From: Candidatus Omnitrophota bacterium
GTDB lineage: Bacteria > Omnitrophota > Gorgyraeia > Duberdicusellales > 4484-171
Reading direction: 5' to 3'
NCBI GenBank assembly: GCA_014729775.1
Contig: WJJJ01000026.1
Span: 16,948-80,947 of the forward strand
Length of the DNA stretch: 64,000 nt
The stretch's first letter is position 1, and the number at the start of each line of letters is the position of its first letter. The notes under the pieces are model-generated. The model did not search any database. It saw nothing but the letters and a program-made list of their open reading frames with translations, and was not told the origin of the DNA. The position numbers were made by a program, and so were the translations under genes. Of the stretch, positions 51,061 to 61,070 are shown piece by piece.

Positions 51061-51112
51061 CCATATATAAATATGGTTTTTTTACCTTATCATAATATAA
51101 ATTTTTAGTCAA
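51061..51112 (-). promoter_or_regulatory. Putative promoter with downstream palindrome
   Basis: TTGACT-17 nt-TAAGGT (TG extended). Palindrome CCATAT-ataa-ATATGG at 51061-51076. Confidence 0.5.
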
Positions 51113-51136
51113 GAAATGATTGTTCCCTGCCGCGAC

Positions 51137-51188
51137 TCCTGAATGGATGCCGAATGTCGGATCGTACATCCACCATCCAGGATCAAGA
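51137..51188. repeat. Heptamer tandem with inverted copy (hairpin)
   Basis: ATCGTAC ATCCACC ATCCAGG ATCAAGA, with arms TCCTG/CAGGA and TGGATG/CATCCA. Confidence 0.55.
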
Positions 51189-51201
51189 CAACAGAGCCCG
51201 A

Positions 51202-51618
51202 TTATTCGCCGACCACTTTCACCAGCACCCGTTTCGGCCGCTGGCCGTCGAACTCACCGTAAAAGATCTGTTCCCACGGCCCGAAATCAAGCCGGCCCTT
51301 GGTCACCGCGATCACGACTTCCCGTCCCATGACCTGGCGCTTCAGATGTGCGTGGGCGTTATCCTCTCCGGTAAGATTATGCTGGTAATGCTCCAGCGCG
51401 TAGGGGGCGAGCTGTTCGAGCCACTCTTGAAAGTCCTTCTTGAGACCGGGCTCTTCGTCATTGATAAATACCGACGCGGTAATGTGCATCGCGTTCACGA
51501 GGCACAACCCTTCACGAACCCCGCTCGCCGACACGATCTTTGCCACCGTCGGGGTAATATTCACGAACTCGATCTTTTTTCTTGTTTTCAAGGTGAGATA
51601 TTCGGTCACCGAATTCAT
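51202..51618 (-). CDS. yjbQ: YjbQ family protein
   Basis: HITAS..INDEE, NAHAHLK, G.WEQIFY.EFDG.R. Confidence 0.93.
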   Translation of the reverse strand: MNSVTEYLTLKTRKKIEFVNITPTVAKIVSASGVREGLCLVNAMHITASVFINDEEPGLKKDFQEWLEQLAPYALEHYQHNLTGEDNAHAHLKRQVMGREVVIAVTKGRLDFGPWEQIFYGEFDGQRPKRVLVKVVGE

Positions 51619-51627
51619 GGTCCCTCC

Positions 51628-52383
51628 TTAATTCCGCACGTAATTCCTGAGCGTACCGATATGTTCAATTTCTACTTCCACGCGATCGCCCCGCTCCAAC
51701 GGACCGATCCCGCCCGGCGTGCCGGTCATCACCACGTCACCGGGTAAAAGCGTCATCACCCGGGAGACGAAAGAAACCAAGGAATCAACAGAAAAAATAA
51801 ACTGCCGGGTGGAGGAATCCTGGCACACTCTGCCGTTCACCCGGCAGACAATACGCGCCGGGGAGCCGGAAAAAGAAGTTTCCACCCACGGCCCCAGCGG
51901 GCAAAACGTGTCAAACGACTTCGACCTGGTCCATTGACCGTCCCTGCGCTGCAGATGGCGCGCGGTCACGTCGTTTGCGCAGGTGTACCCGAGAATATAC
52001 CGGGCGGCGTCGATCTCACGGATATTTCTGGCCCGGCGGCCGATCACGACCGCGAGTTCGGCTTCGTAATCAACCCGGGTGACGCCCGGAGGATACACGA
52101 TCCCCTCTTCCGGCCCGATCACCGCGGTGGAAGGTTTAAGAAAGATCACCGGTTCTTTCGGCACCGGCATTCCCAGTTCAGCCGCGTGATCGCGGTAATT
52201 CAATCCGGCGCACACGATTTTCGACGGACGAACCGGAAGCAGAATTTTTACCTGAGACGCCGGAACGCTCCGGCGGGAAATTCTGATCCCCCGCCAGGGC
52301 GGCGCGTCCAGCAACCTCACCCGGCGGTCCTTGAGCGCGCCCCATAAAATCTTCCCCCGATGGCGGACCCGGACGATTCTCAT
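51628..52383 (-). CDS. Fumarylacetoacetate hydrolase family protein
   Basis: KIVCAGLNY..H, DYEAELA, NDVTAR, KSFDTFCP, TGTP.G. Confidence 0.95.
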   Translation of the reverse strand: MRIVRVRHRGKILWGALKDRRVRLLDAPPWRGIRISRRSVPASQVKILLPVRPSKIVCAGLNYRDHAAELGMPVPKEPVIFLKPSTAVIGPEEGIVYPPGVTRVDYEAELAVVIGRRARNIREIDAARYILGYTCANDVTARHLQRRDGQWTRSKSFDTFCPLGPWVETSFSGSPARIVCRVNGRVCQDSSTRQFIFSVDSLVSFVSRVMTLLPGDVVMTGTPGGIGPLERGDRVEVEIEHIGTLRNYVRN

Positions 52384-53729
52384 TCCTGCGCTCCGGTTGA
52401 CGCGCGTAGCTGTTCCATCAGCGGAATGAACTCCGGAAAGGATTTATGAATGCATCTGACGTCGTCTATTTCGCTTTCTCCCTCCAGTGCCGACGCGAAC
52501 ACGATCAGGCTCATCGCCGTCCGGTGATCGAAACAGCTTTCAAACCGCGCGGGCCGGTACTTTTTCTTTCCCTCGATCACGATCGAACACTCTCCGCGTT
52601 CGCGATCTTCGTCATGGATCGCAACGCCCGCTCTGTCTAAATTACTCACCATCGACCATACCCGGTCGGTTTCTTTGACTTTCAGCTCACTCACCCCGCG
52701 GATTTCGGTCCGTCCGGAGGCGAACGCCGCGGCTACGCAGAGAACCGGGATCTCATCGATCATTTGCGGAATCTCGCCCGGCTCCACGACCGTAGCCCGT
52801 AACGATGAAGTTTCCACGACGAGGTCGCACACCGGCTCGTACTCCTCGCGTACCTGCTCACAGCGTATACGGGCGCCCATCCTGCGCAGAACGTCCAGCA
52901 GACCGCAGCGGGTCGGGTTCACGTTCACGTCCTTGAGCACCAGCCGGCTTCCCGGCACGATAAGCCCCAACACCAGAAAAAATGCCGCGGACGAAAAATC
53001 TCCCGGCACCCGTAAAAACCCGGGAGTAGCCAGGCACGCATCCGGCACACCGCGCACCGTGGTGCCCCGCGACTGAAGGCCGCAGCCGAACAGACGCAGC
53101 ATCCGCTCGGTATGATCGCGCGAAGGAGCGGGTTCGGTCACTTCGGTCGCTTCTTCGGCGTACAGCCCCGCCAGCAGCAGCGCGGACTTCACCTGCGCGC
53201 TGGCGATCGGCAGGCGAAACGACTTGCCGTGAAGGTGACCGACGGACCGGATATCTAAAGGAGGACATTCTTCCTCCCGGCCCGTGCGCTGCACGCACCG
53301 CGGTACTCCCCGAATATCGGCTCCCATTTCCCGCAGAGGAACGATGATCCGGTTCATCGGACGGTTCTCCAGCGACGTCTGCGCTTCGAATCGGGAAGAG
53401 AACTTCTGCCCGGCAAGTATCCCGCTTAAGATCCGCATCGTCGTCCCGGATTCACCCGCGAAAAGGGTCAGCGGATCCTCCTGGGGAGTGAAAAACTTCC
53501 CGCTGCCTCTGACGATGAACGCGTCTCCTTCCTCAAAAACGGATACGCCCAATTTCCGCATACATCCAAGCGTGGCTGCCGTATCGTCACTGCGTAAAAC
53601 CCGCTCGATTCTCGTTTCGCCCCGGCACAGGGCCGAAATCATCAGTGCCCGGTGAGAAATGGATTTATCCGGGGGCACGGAAATCCGCCGCGTCCCTCCC
53701 GTAAACGGCCGTATCACGTAATCCTTCAT
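52380..53729 (-). CDS. aroA: EPSP synthase
   Basis: DKSISHR, SGTTMR, SAQVKSA, RDHTE, KETDR, DHR.AM. Confidence 0.96.
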   Translation of the reverse strand: MKDYVIRPFTGGTRRISVPPDKSISHRALMISALCRGETRIERVLRSDDTAATLGCMRKLGVSVFEEGDAFIVRGSGKFFTPQEDPLTLFAGESGTTMRILSGILAGQKFSSRFEAQTSLENRPMNRIIVPLREMGADIRGVPRCVQRTGREEECPPLDIRSVGHLHGKSFRLPIASAQVKSALLLAGLYAEEATEVTEPAPSRDHTERMLRLFGCGLQSRGTTVRGVPDACLATPGFLRVPGDFSSAAFFLVLGLIVPGSRLVLKDVNVNPTRCGLLDVLRRMGARIRCEQVREEYEPVCDLVVETSSLRATVVEPGEIPQMIDEIPVLCVAAAFASGRTEIRGVSELKVKETDRVWSMVSNLDRAGVAIHDEDRERGECSIVIEGKKKYRPARFESCFDHRTAMSLIVFASALEGESEIDDVRCIHKSFPEFIPLMEQLRASTGAQE

Positions 53730-54622
53730 CTGCGCTCCTTTAAAAAGCGGTCAAATCTCGCGGGAAGCGGAGATTCGAATCTGCGCCGCTTTCTGTCCGA
53801 AGGATGAAGGAATGAAAGCACCCGGGAATGCAGGAGCAATCCATCCCATTGATCCTTTCGTCCGTATTTTCTGTCTCCCACCAGCGGATACCCCAAAAAT
53901 TTCATGTGTACGCGTATCTGATGCATCCTTCCCGTATACAAATTTATATCAAGAAACGTCGCGTCGCGCAAGCGCTCGCGCACGGCAATTTCGGTACGCG
54001 CCTCTTTCGCTTTACGGAAACTGATCTTCATTTTCAACCGGTTGCGGGCATCGCGCTTCAGCGGCAGATCAAGCACCATCCGGTCTTTTTTCAGCGTTCC
54101 CCAACAGATCGCTGCGTAACGTTTTCCCACCCGGCGCTCTTTAAACTCACCGACCAGAAAATGATGGGCGCGGGTATGCTTGGCCAATACCATCAACCCG
54201 CTCGTTTCCCTGTCCAGCCGGTGCACCACTCCCGGCCTCAGGGGATTCACCGGAGAAAGCGGACACTGCATGAACAGAAGCGCGTTGACCAGCGTGCGTT
54301 GATTCCGGGGATTCGGCGGATGCACGGTCAGGTCCGGCGGCTTCTCGACCACCAGCACGTCATCATCCTCGTATACGACAGGAATAGTAAGCGGATAGGG
54401 AACCAGGGATGACCGCTCCTGCGGCCAGCGGATCTTGACCGTTTCTCCGCCTTTAAGCCGGTAACCGGCTTTCGTTTGGCGGCGCTGATCGACGCACACC
54501 CTGCCGTCGGCAATCAAACCGGCCAGAAAACTGCGCGAGCGGTCCGGGATTGACTCCCGCAAAAACGCGTCCAGACGGGTATGTGAGAACTCAGGAGGAA
54601 CGTGAATGATCTGGCTGTTCAT
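53726..54622 (-). CDS. rluD: RluA/RluD-family pseudouridine synthase with S4 domain
   Basis: RLD..L S4 domain, VHRLDRETSG, TGRMHQIRVH. Confidence 0.9.
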   Translation of the reverse strand: MNSQIIHVPPEFSHTRLDAFLRESIPDRSRSFLAGLIADGRVCVDQRRQTKAGYRLKGGETVKIRWPQERSSLVPYPLTIPVVYEDDDVLVVEKPPDLTVHPPNPRNQRTLVNALLFMQCPLSPVNPLRPGVVHRLDRETSGLMVLAKHTRAHHFLVGEFKERRVGKRYAAICWGTLKKDRMVLDLPLKRDARNRLKMKISFRKAKEARTEIAVRERLRDATFLDINLYTGRMHQIRVHMKFLGYPLVGDRKYGRKDQWDGLLLHSRVLSFLHPSDRKRRRFESPLPARFDRFLKERR

Positions 54623-55046
54623 GGTGCTTTTGGCGGGATTGTCGGATCTGAAGAAAAATGAGGACCCCGGCTCCTATGCTGATGCAGGCATCGGACAGGT
54701 TAAAGACCGGCCATATCCGGAAATCAAGATAATCGATCACGTATCCGAATACGATCCGATCGGCCAGATTCGACAGCGCGCCGCCGAGGATAGCCCCGCA
54801 TGCGGCGAAAAAAAGCAGGCTTTTGACTTTTTCCTGGCGGATAAAATAAAAAAACACTGCCAGGAAAAAGATTCCCGCGTAAATTAAAAAATGGGTATAG
54901 TCCCGGAGAATCCCGAACGCCGCGCCGGTATTAAACGTCACGGTAATGTGAAATACGTTCGGCAGTACCGGGAGCGACTGGTAGGCGAAATTCGCGCGCA
55001 AATAGGATTTCAGGAAGAAATCCGTGATGAATACCGCGGCGGCCAC
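54591..55046 (-). CDS. lspA: Lipoprotein signal peptidase (start approximate)
   Basis: NTGAAFG, GGALSNLADR, VIDYL, PVFNLSD. Confidence 0.95.
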   Translation of the reverse strand: MAAAVFITDFFLKSYLRANFAYQSLPVLPNVFHITVTFNTGAAFGILRDYTHFLIYAGIFFLAVFFYFIRQEKVKSLLFFAACGAILGGALSNLADRIVFGYVIDYLDFRIWPVFNLSDACISIGAGVLIFLQIRQSRQKHHEQPDHSRSS

Positions 55047-55066
55047 GGCCCACGCTATCCCATGTG

Positions 55067-55564
55067 CTAAATTTTCCCTTCCCGTTCAAGTTGTTCCTGG
55101 ACTTCGCGGGTATACCGGGCGAAAGGAACCGCGCGAAGACGGGTTTTCTTGATCGGTTTCCCGGAAATTTCGCATATCCCGTAACGGCCTTCTTCGATCC
55201 GGGTCAGCGCGTTGTCAATCTGCATTAATAATTCGCGTTCGGTCGAGACCAGCCCGAGATTGAAATCACGTTCATAATTATCCGAAGCCACATCCGCCAT
55301 GTGCAGCGAATACCCCGACATATCACCGGCCATTTCCTTGGGAGACTTCATCAGCGAATTTTCCGAGGCCTCCCGGATCCTGGTCAGGGTATCTTCTTTT
55401 ATATTGAGTAGGAGCTCTCTGAATTCATTCAATTCTTTTTTCGTGAAAGGATTCTTCTTCCGTGAAGCGGAAGTTCTTTTTTTGCCGGACGTCTTTTTCC
55501 GGTTCGTTCTGCCGGACTGGGTTGTTTTTTTCTGGCTAGAAGCCTTTTTTCGCGGTTTCTTCAT
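55067..55564 (-). CDS. TraR/DksA-family regulator (one Cys)
   Basis: HMADVASD coiled-coil tip, AL.RIEEG.YGICE.SG..I...RL.A.P. Confidence 0.88.
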   Translation of the reverse strand: MKKPRKKASSQKKTTQSGRTNRKKTSGKKRTSASRKKNPFTKKELNEFRELLLNIKEDTLTRIREASENSLMKSPKEMAGDMSGYSLHMADVASDNYERDFNLGLVSTERELLMQIDNALTRIEEGRYGICEISGKPIKKTRLRAVPFARYTREVQEQLEREGKI

Positions 55565-58319
55565 TCGCTTCTCCTTCTTTTAATGCCTGCGCACATTTAC
55601 CGCATAATTCCGGATAAGAATCATCCCCCCCGATGTCAATGCGCCAATTCCAGCAGCGCGGACATTTCTGTCCTTTCGCTTTTTCCACCGAAATAGAACG
55701 CTCACCCTCAAGAACCCTCACCGAAGAGACGATCAATACTTCCCGCAGCGTCTCCTCCAACGGATGAAAAAAACGGTATTGATCACCGGGAAGCGTGATT
55801 CCGACTTCCGCTTCCAGGGAACTTCCGATCGCTCCCTGTTCCCGTTGCTGTTCCATCAACTTCAGCACCTCGCCCCGCAGTCCGAGAATTTTTTCCCAGC
55901 GGGCAATATGCCCGGCGTCCGCCCATTGCTCGGGCCGGTTTTCCGCGTATACGTTGAAAAAAAGCGATTCCTTTTTTCCGGCGGCATCGAGGTGCTGATA
56001 GGCTTCTTCCGCGGTAAACGATAATACCGGCGCGATCAATTTCAAGAGCACCTGAAGAGAATACCGTAGCGCGTACTGCGCGGACCGCCTTTGCGGGGAA
56101 TCTGGGTAAAAAGTATAAAGTCTGTCTTTTAAAATGTCAAGATAAAAGGAGCTCATTTCCAGATTACAAAAATTAAATATCTTCTGACAGGCGCGGTAAA
56201 AGGCGAACTGTTCGTAGCACTCCGTGACCTCTTTCTGCAGGAGCGCCGCGCGTGCCAGCATGTACCGGTCTACTTCCGGCATGACTTCGGTGTCGGGAAC
56301 GTAATCCGCGGGGAAATCCGCCAAGTTCCCCATCGCAAACCGGATCGTATTGCGCACCTTCCGGTATACGTCGACCAACTGCTTAAGGATCTCCTCGGAA
56401 ATCTTGACGTCTTCGCGGTAATCACTGTACGCTACCCACAACCGCAGGATTTCCGCCCCGTATTTTTTTATCACTTCCTGAGGCGCGATGGAATTGCCCA
56501 GAGATTTCGACATCTTCCGTCCTTCCCCGTCCACCACGAACCCGTGAGTTAAGATCGTTTTAAACGGAGCGCGCTCCTCCCGCGCGACCGAGGGAATGAG
56601 CGAGACCTGAAACCAGCCCCGGTGCTGATCGCTCCCTTCCAGGTATAGATCCGCGGGAAACGACAACTGCTCTTCTCCTTTCACCACGGCAAGAAAACTG
56701 GCGCCGGACTCAAACCACACGTCCAAAATATCGTACAACTTCTCGAATTCCCTGCTTCCGCAGCCGCATCTAACCTGTTCCGGAACAAACAGCGACGCCT
56801 CCTCGCTCACCCAGGAATTGGCCCCGCGCTTCGCGAATACTTCCGCGGTGCGTTTCAGCACGTCGGGTTCCAGCAGGACACTGCCGCACCTCCGGCAGCG
56901 CACCGCGGGAATGGGAATCCCCCAAAGCCGCTGCCGGGACAGACACCAGTCCGGTCTCAGCGAAACCATGCTGCGCATCCGTTCCCGGCCTCCCGGAGGA
57001 ACCCAGCGAACGTGATCGATACTCTCCAGGACTTTCTCCCTCAGATGGGCATGATCGATGTGCACGAACCACTGCGATGTCGCCCGGAAAATGATCGGCT
57101 GTTTACACCGCCAGCAATGCGGATAGGAATGGGACATTTCGGCGTGAGCGTACACCCGCCCTTTTTCCTCCAAAAGACGGATGACTTCTTTCCCGGCCTG
57201 GCTGACCGTCTTTCCCCGGAATTCCTCTGGTTCCTCAAACACGCCTTTGTCATTGACCGGCATCCGTATCGGCAAGTCATAAATGCGGGTAAGCGAGAAA
57301 TCCTCGGCGCCGTGTCCCGGCGCGATATGCACGCATCCGCTCCCTTCTTCTTTCGATACGAATTCCGCGGTGACTACCGGCGCCTCGCGGTCCAGAAAAG
57401 GATGCTCCAGCACCGTTCCCTGAAGCTGCCGCCCGGGCACGCTTCCCGTGATCGTCAGTTCCTTTCCCGCCCTTTTCTCCAGCGAAGGAACCAGCTCCCG
57501 CGCGGCGATGAACCGGCCGCCGCAGGACTCCACTACCGCGTATTCCAGATCCGGATGCACGGCCACGGCCACGTTGGACACCAGAGTCCACGGCGTCGTG
57601 GTCCAGACGAGAAACGAAAGCGGCTGACCGGTCGCCTCTCCTCTCCCGGACATGCGCCGTACCGGGAACAGACAGAAAAGAGAATCAGACTGTTTCTGGT
57701 CATATTCGACTTCCGCTTCCGCCAGCGCCGTTTCGCACTGCGCGCACCAGTTTACCGGTTTCCGTCCCCGGTACACATATCCCTTGCGGGTCAAAAACTC
57801 CAAAAGCGAAATCACCGCCGATTCGTATCGCGGCTGAAGCGTCAGATAGGGATGCTCCCAGTCACTTACCACCCCTAGACGCATAAAATCCTTCTTCTGC
57901 AGATCAACGAACCGCAGAGCGAACTTCTCGGCCTGCTTCCGGAACTCCAGCACCTCTACGTCGTGTTTGGTCTTTTTCAATTTTTTGAACAGCTGATGTT
58001 CCACGGGCAAGCCGTGGCAGTCCCATCCGATAAGAAAAGGACAATCGTAGCCCTGCAGTGTCTTATGTTTAAGGATGATATCTTTGAGAATCTTATTCAG
58101 CGCGTGTCCGATATGTATAAGTCCGTTGGCATAGGGCGGTCCGTCGTGCAGGATGAATTTCGGCCGCCGGGCGCGGTCCTGCCGCAGGCGTCCGTATAAT
58201 CCCAGGTGCGTCCAGAAATCGAGCATCCGCGGCTCCATTTGCCCGAGATTGGCCTTCATGGAAAAAGACGTACGGGGCAGATTCAGCGTCTGTTTGTACT
58301 CATTTTTCTTCTGCGCCAT
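55536..58319 (-). CDS. ileS: Isoleucine--tRNA ligase (type 1)
   Basis: HDGPPYANG.IHIGH, KMSKS, C-terminal CPRCW..CGKC. Confidence 0.98.
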   Translation of the reverse strand: MAQKKNEYKQTLNLPRTSFSMKANLGQMEPRMLDFWTHLGLYGRLRQDRARRPKFILHDGPPYANGLIHIGHALNKILKDIILKHKTLQGYDCPFLIGWDCHGLPVEHQLFKKLKKTKHDVEVLEFRKQAEKFALRFVDLQKKDFMRLGVVSDWEHPYLTLQPRYESAVISLLEFLTRKGYVYRGRKPVNWCAQCETALAEAEVEYDQKQSDSLFCLFPVRRMSGRGEATGQPLSFLVWTTTPWTLVSNVAVAVHPDLEYAVVESCGGRFIAARELVPSLEKRAGKELTITGSVPGRQLQGTVLEHPFLDREAPVVTAEFVSKEEGSGCVHIAPGHGAEDFSLTRIYDLPIRMPVNDKGVFEEPEEFRGKTVSQAGKEVIRLLEEKGRVYAHAEMSHSYPHCWRCKQPIIFRATSQWFVHIDHAHLREKVLESIDHVRWVPPGGRERMRSMVSLRPDWCLSRQRLWGIPIPAVRCRRCGSVLLEPDVLKRTAEVFAKRGANSWVSEEASLFVPEQVRCGCGSREFEKLYDILDVWFESGASFLAVVKGEEQLSFPADLYLEGSDQHRGWFQVSLIPSVAREERAPFKTILTHGFVVDGEGRKMSKSLGNSIAPQEVIKKYGAEILRLWVAYSDYREDVKISEEILKQLVDVYRKVRNTIRFAMGNLADFPADYVPDTEVMPEVDRYMLARAALLQKEVTECYEQFAFYRACQKIFNFCNLEMSSFYLDILKDRLYTFYPDSPQRRSAQYALRYSLQVLLKLIAPVLSFTAEEAYQHLDAAGKKESLFFNVYAENRPEQWADAGHIARWEKILGLRGEVLKLMEQQREQGAIGSSLEAEVGITLPGDQYRFFHPLEETLREVLIVSSVRVLEGERSISVEKAKGQKCPRCWNWRIDIGGDDSYPELCGKCAQALKEGEANEETAKKGF

Positions 58320-58358
58320 AATTGCAACCGTTTCCCGGCGGGGCCCTCTCCGGCCCGC

Positions 58359-59258
58359 TCAAAAACAGGTGAGCTGCCTGAACTGCGCGAACCGCTTCTC
58401 AAGGTCCGCTGCACCCAACGCGGCCAGGCGCCGCACGCTGAAATCCTCAACGGCAAACGTCGCCAGCACGCTTCCGTATACCACCGCCTTTTTGAAGCTT
58501 GCCGTATCCGTTTTCCCCCGGGCGGCCAAATACCCCAAAAATCCTCCGGCGAAGGTATCCCCGGCGCCGGTTGGATCGAAGATCGATTCCAGCAGGAATG
58601 CCGGCGTACAGAACACCTCTTCCCGCGTGGAGAGCACGGCTCCGTGCTCTCCCTTTTTGATCACCGCGTAGGGCGGCCCCATCGCATGAACAGCCCGGGC
58701 CATTTTCAGTATGTTCTTTTCGCCCGTCAGCATGCGCGCTTCCGTTTCATTCAACAGACACACGTCAACCTTTTTCAGTACTTCCCTCAGCTCACCGGGC
58801 GTATTCTCGATCCAGTAATTCATGGTGTCGCATACCACCAGCCGGGGTCTCGGCATCTGTTCCAGCACCTGCATCTGTACTGAAGGATGGATGTTGGCCA
58901 AAAACACGTAGGGAGTTTCGCGGTAAGCCTCCGGAACACGCGGCTGATACCCCTCCAAGGTGTTGAGTTCAGTGGCAAGCGTATCGGGATTGGAAAGATC
59001 CCATCCGTATTCACCGCGCCAGAAGAACGTGTTTCCCTCGCCGACGGTCACTCCTTCGGTATCGATCCCCTTATCCCCAAGCACGCGAAACTGCTCCTGC
59101 GTGAAATCTTTCCCCACGACCCCGACGAGCTTCACCGGACCGAACACGCTCGCGGCCAGCGCCGCGTACACCGCCGATCCGCCCAGTACCCGTTCACATT
59201 CACCGAACGGGGTCTTGACGCTGTCAAACGCGATTGTTCCCGCGACTACAATACTCAT
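58359..59258 (-). CDS. PfkB-family carbohydrate/nucleoside kinase
   Basis: LGGSA, KKGEHG, DPTGAGDTFAGG. Confidence 0.93.
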   Translation of the reverse strand: MSIVVAGTIAFDSVKTPFGECERVLGGSAVYAALAASVFGPVKLVGVVGKDFTQEQFRVLGDKGIDTEGVTVGEGNTFFWRGEYGWDLSNPDTLATELNTLEGYQPRVPEAYRETPYVFLANIHPSVQMQVLEQMPRPRLVVCDTMNYWIENTPGELREVLKKVDVCLLNETEARMLTGEKNILKMARAVHAMGPPYAVIKKGEHGAVLSTREEVFCTPAFLLESIFDPTGAGDTFAGGFLGYLAARGKTDTASFKKAVVYGSVLATFAVEDFSVRRLAALGAADLEKRFAQFRQLTCF

Positions 59259-60115
59259 TTGAAATATTTATTGAGGAAAATTCCCAGTTTTTGTTTCACC
59301 CCGTCCGGCACCGCTTCCGGACGCGTCACGATCGCCTGGCCCAGCGCTTCCTGACAGGCGCACTCCCGCGAAGAGGACACCGCCGGGATCAGCTTCTTTA
59401 TAATTTTTTTAGAATTCTCGGCGTTCTTGAGCAGGTTCGCGATCACCGCATCAGCCGACACCGCCTCTTCTGTTTCATACCAGCAATCGTAATCGGTCAC
59501 CGCCGCCAGCGACGCGTAACATATTTCCGCTTCCCGGGCCAGACGGGCCTCCGTCATATTAGTCATACCGATCACATCCATCCCCCAGCTGCGGTATAAT
59601 AATGATTCCGCCCGCGTGGAGAACTGCGGCCCCTCCATATTGAGATAGGTTCCGCCGTAATGCACCGTGACTCCCGCCGCCCGGGCGGCCTGCTCCACCG
59701 CGCGCGCCAGCGTTTCACATACCGGATCCGAAAATCCGACATGCACCACGATCCCGTTTTCGAAAAACGTGTGAGGCCTGGCGTGATTAGTACGGTCCAC
59801 GAACTGAGTCGGTATCACGAATTCCAGCGGCTTGAGTTCTTTCCTGAGAGACCCGCAGGCGGTCACCGAAACAAGCCACTCAACCCCGAGCTGTTTCATG
59901 CCGTAGATATTCGCCCGGTAATTGATTTCCGACGGGTTACGCCGGTGTTTTTTCCCGTGCCGCGGCAGAAACACCACCTCCCTCCCCTGATATTCAGCGA
60001 GGAGATAACGGTCCGAGGGATCTCCGAACGGGGTCTGCACCGCGGTTTCTTCACGTACCTGCAGGCCCTCCAGCTGATACAGCCCGCTGCCGCCCATAAT
60101 ACCGATTCGTTTCAT
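59255..60115 (-). CDS. mtnP: S-methyl-5'-thioadenosine phosphorylase
   Basis: GGSGLY, PRHG, NYRANI, EGPQFSTRAES, VTDYDCW. Confidence 0.93.
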   Translation of the reverse strand: MKRIGIMGGSGLYQLEGLQVREETAVQTPFGDPSDRYLLAEYQGREVVFLPRHGKKHRRNPSEINYRANIYGMKQLGVEWLVSVTACGSLRKELKPLEFVIPTQFVDRTNHARPHTFFENGIVVHVGFSDPVCETLARAVEQAARAAGVTVHYGGTYLNMEGPQFSTRAESLLYRSWGMDVIGMTNMTEARLAREAEICYASLAAVTDYDCWYETEEAVSADAVIANLLKNAENSKKIIKKLIPAVSSSRECACQEALGQAIVTRPEAVPDGVKQKLGIFLNKYFK

Positions 60116-60948
60116 GCGCGCTCCTTGGTATACACGCGGGAGAGCTCCGCAGCCCGCGCCGCCGCGCGGCGGATCCCCCGCTGTATGGTATCTTTAAGTT
60201 TTCCCTTCCGGAATTCGGCGAAAGCCGCTTCCGTTGTGCCTTTCGGTGAAGCCACCTGTGCCACGAGCCGGTCAAACTGCGTGCCGGATGCTTTGGCCAG
60301 CCTGCCCGCACCGAGAAAAGTTTCCAGCACCGTCCGGCGCGCCTGGGCCCGCGTCATCCCCATGCGCACCGCCTCTTCATACATGCAGTGCATAAAATAA
60401 AACACATAGCCCGGCCCGCTCCCGGACACCGCCGTGACCGAATCAAGCAGCGATTCCCGCATCACCCAGACTTCTCCTGCCGCGGAAAACAGCCGCCGGG
60501 CGCACTCCATATCCTTTTTCCGGGCATGGCGCCCGGCACATAAAAATGTCACGGAATTCCGGACCTGGGCCGGAAGATTAGGCATCGCCCGCACGACCCG
60601 CACGCCGGGAAGCTCGCGGGTAAACAGCGACAGCGGAATTCCGGCGGCAATTGAAATCAGCAGAGGTTTCCGTTCCAGGATACAGCCGGATTCCGCGCGC
60701 AGAACCGCCCGCAGATCCTGAGGCTTCACGGCAAGCACCACCGCCTCGGCGTGAGTAAAAAGCTCCGCCGCGCTGCCGCACACCCGGAATTGCCTTTTCA
60801 ATTTGGGATGGGTCCGTAACGGTTTGAGCACCGAAGCGCGGGTATCGTAGACCTGTATCTTTCGGGACGATTCCGCGGCGGCCGCCGTTCCCAGCGCCTT
60901 TCCCATATTTCCAAACCCCAGAATTCCGAAAGAAAATTTCGTACGCAT
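60112..60948 (-). CDS. proC: Pyrroline-5-carboxylate reductase
   Basis: GFGNMG, AVKPQ, SIAAG, RAMPN, SGSGPGY, SPKGTT. The start is reassigned to ATG 60948. Confidence 0.95.
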   Translation of the reverse strand: MRTKFSFGILGFGNMGKALGTAAAAESSRKIQVYDTRASVLKPLRTHPKLKRQFRVCGSAAELFTHAEAVVLAVKPQDLRAVLRAESGCILERKPLLISIAAGIPLSLFTRELPGVRVVRAMPNLPAQVRNSVTFLCAGRHARKKDMECARRLFSAAGEVWVMRESLLDSVTAVSGSGPGYVFYFMHCMYEEAVRMGMTRAQARRTVLETFLGAGRLAKASGTQFDRLVAQVASPKGTTEAAFAEFRKGKLKDTIQRGIRRAAARAAELSRVYTKERA

Positions 60949-61001
60949 GTACCACCTCACCCCGTCCCGCGGGACATTTTGTGGGGTAAATAAAGTAGGA
61001 T

Positions 61002-61030
61002 ACAGTACCATAAAAAGGAAACAGTGTCAA
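61002..61030 (-). promoter_or_regulatory. Sigma70-type promoter for the proC unit
   Basis: TTGACA-17 nt-TACTGT with a TG extension. Confidence 0.6.
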
Positions 61031-61070
61031 TGAGAAGGTAGGCTCACGCCCCGCAGAACCGGCACTGCGG

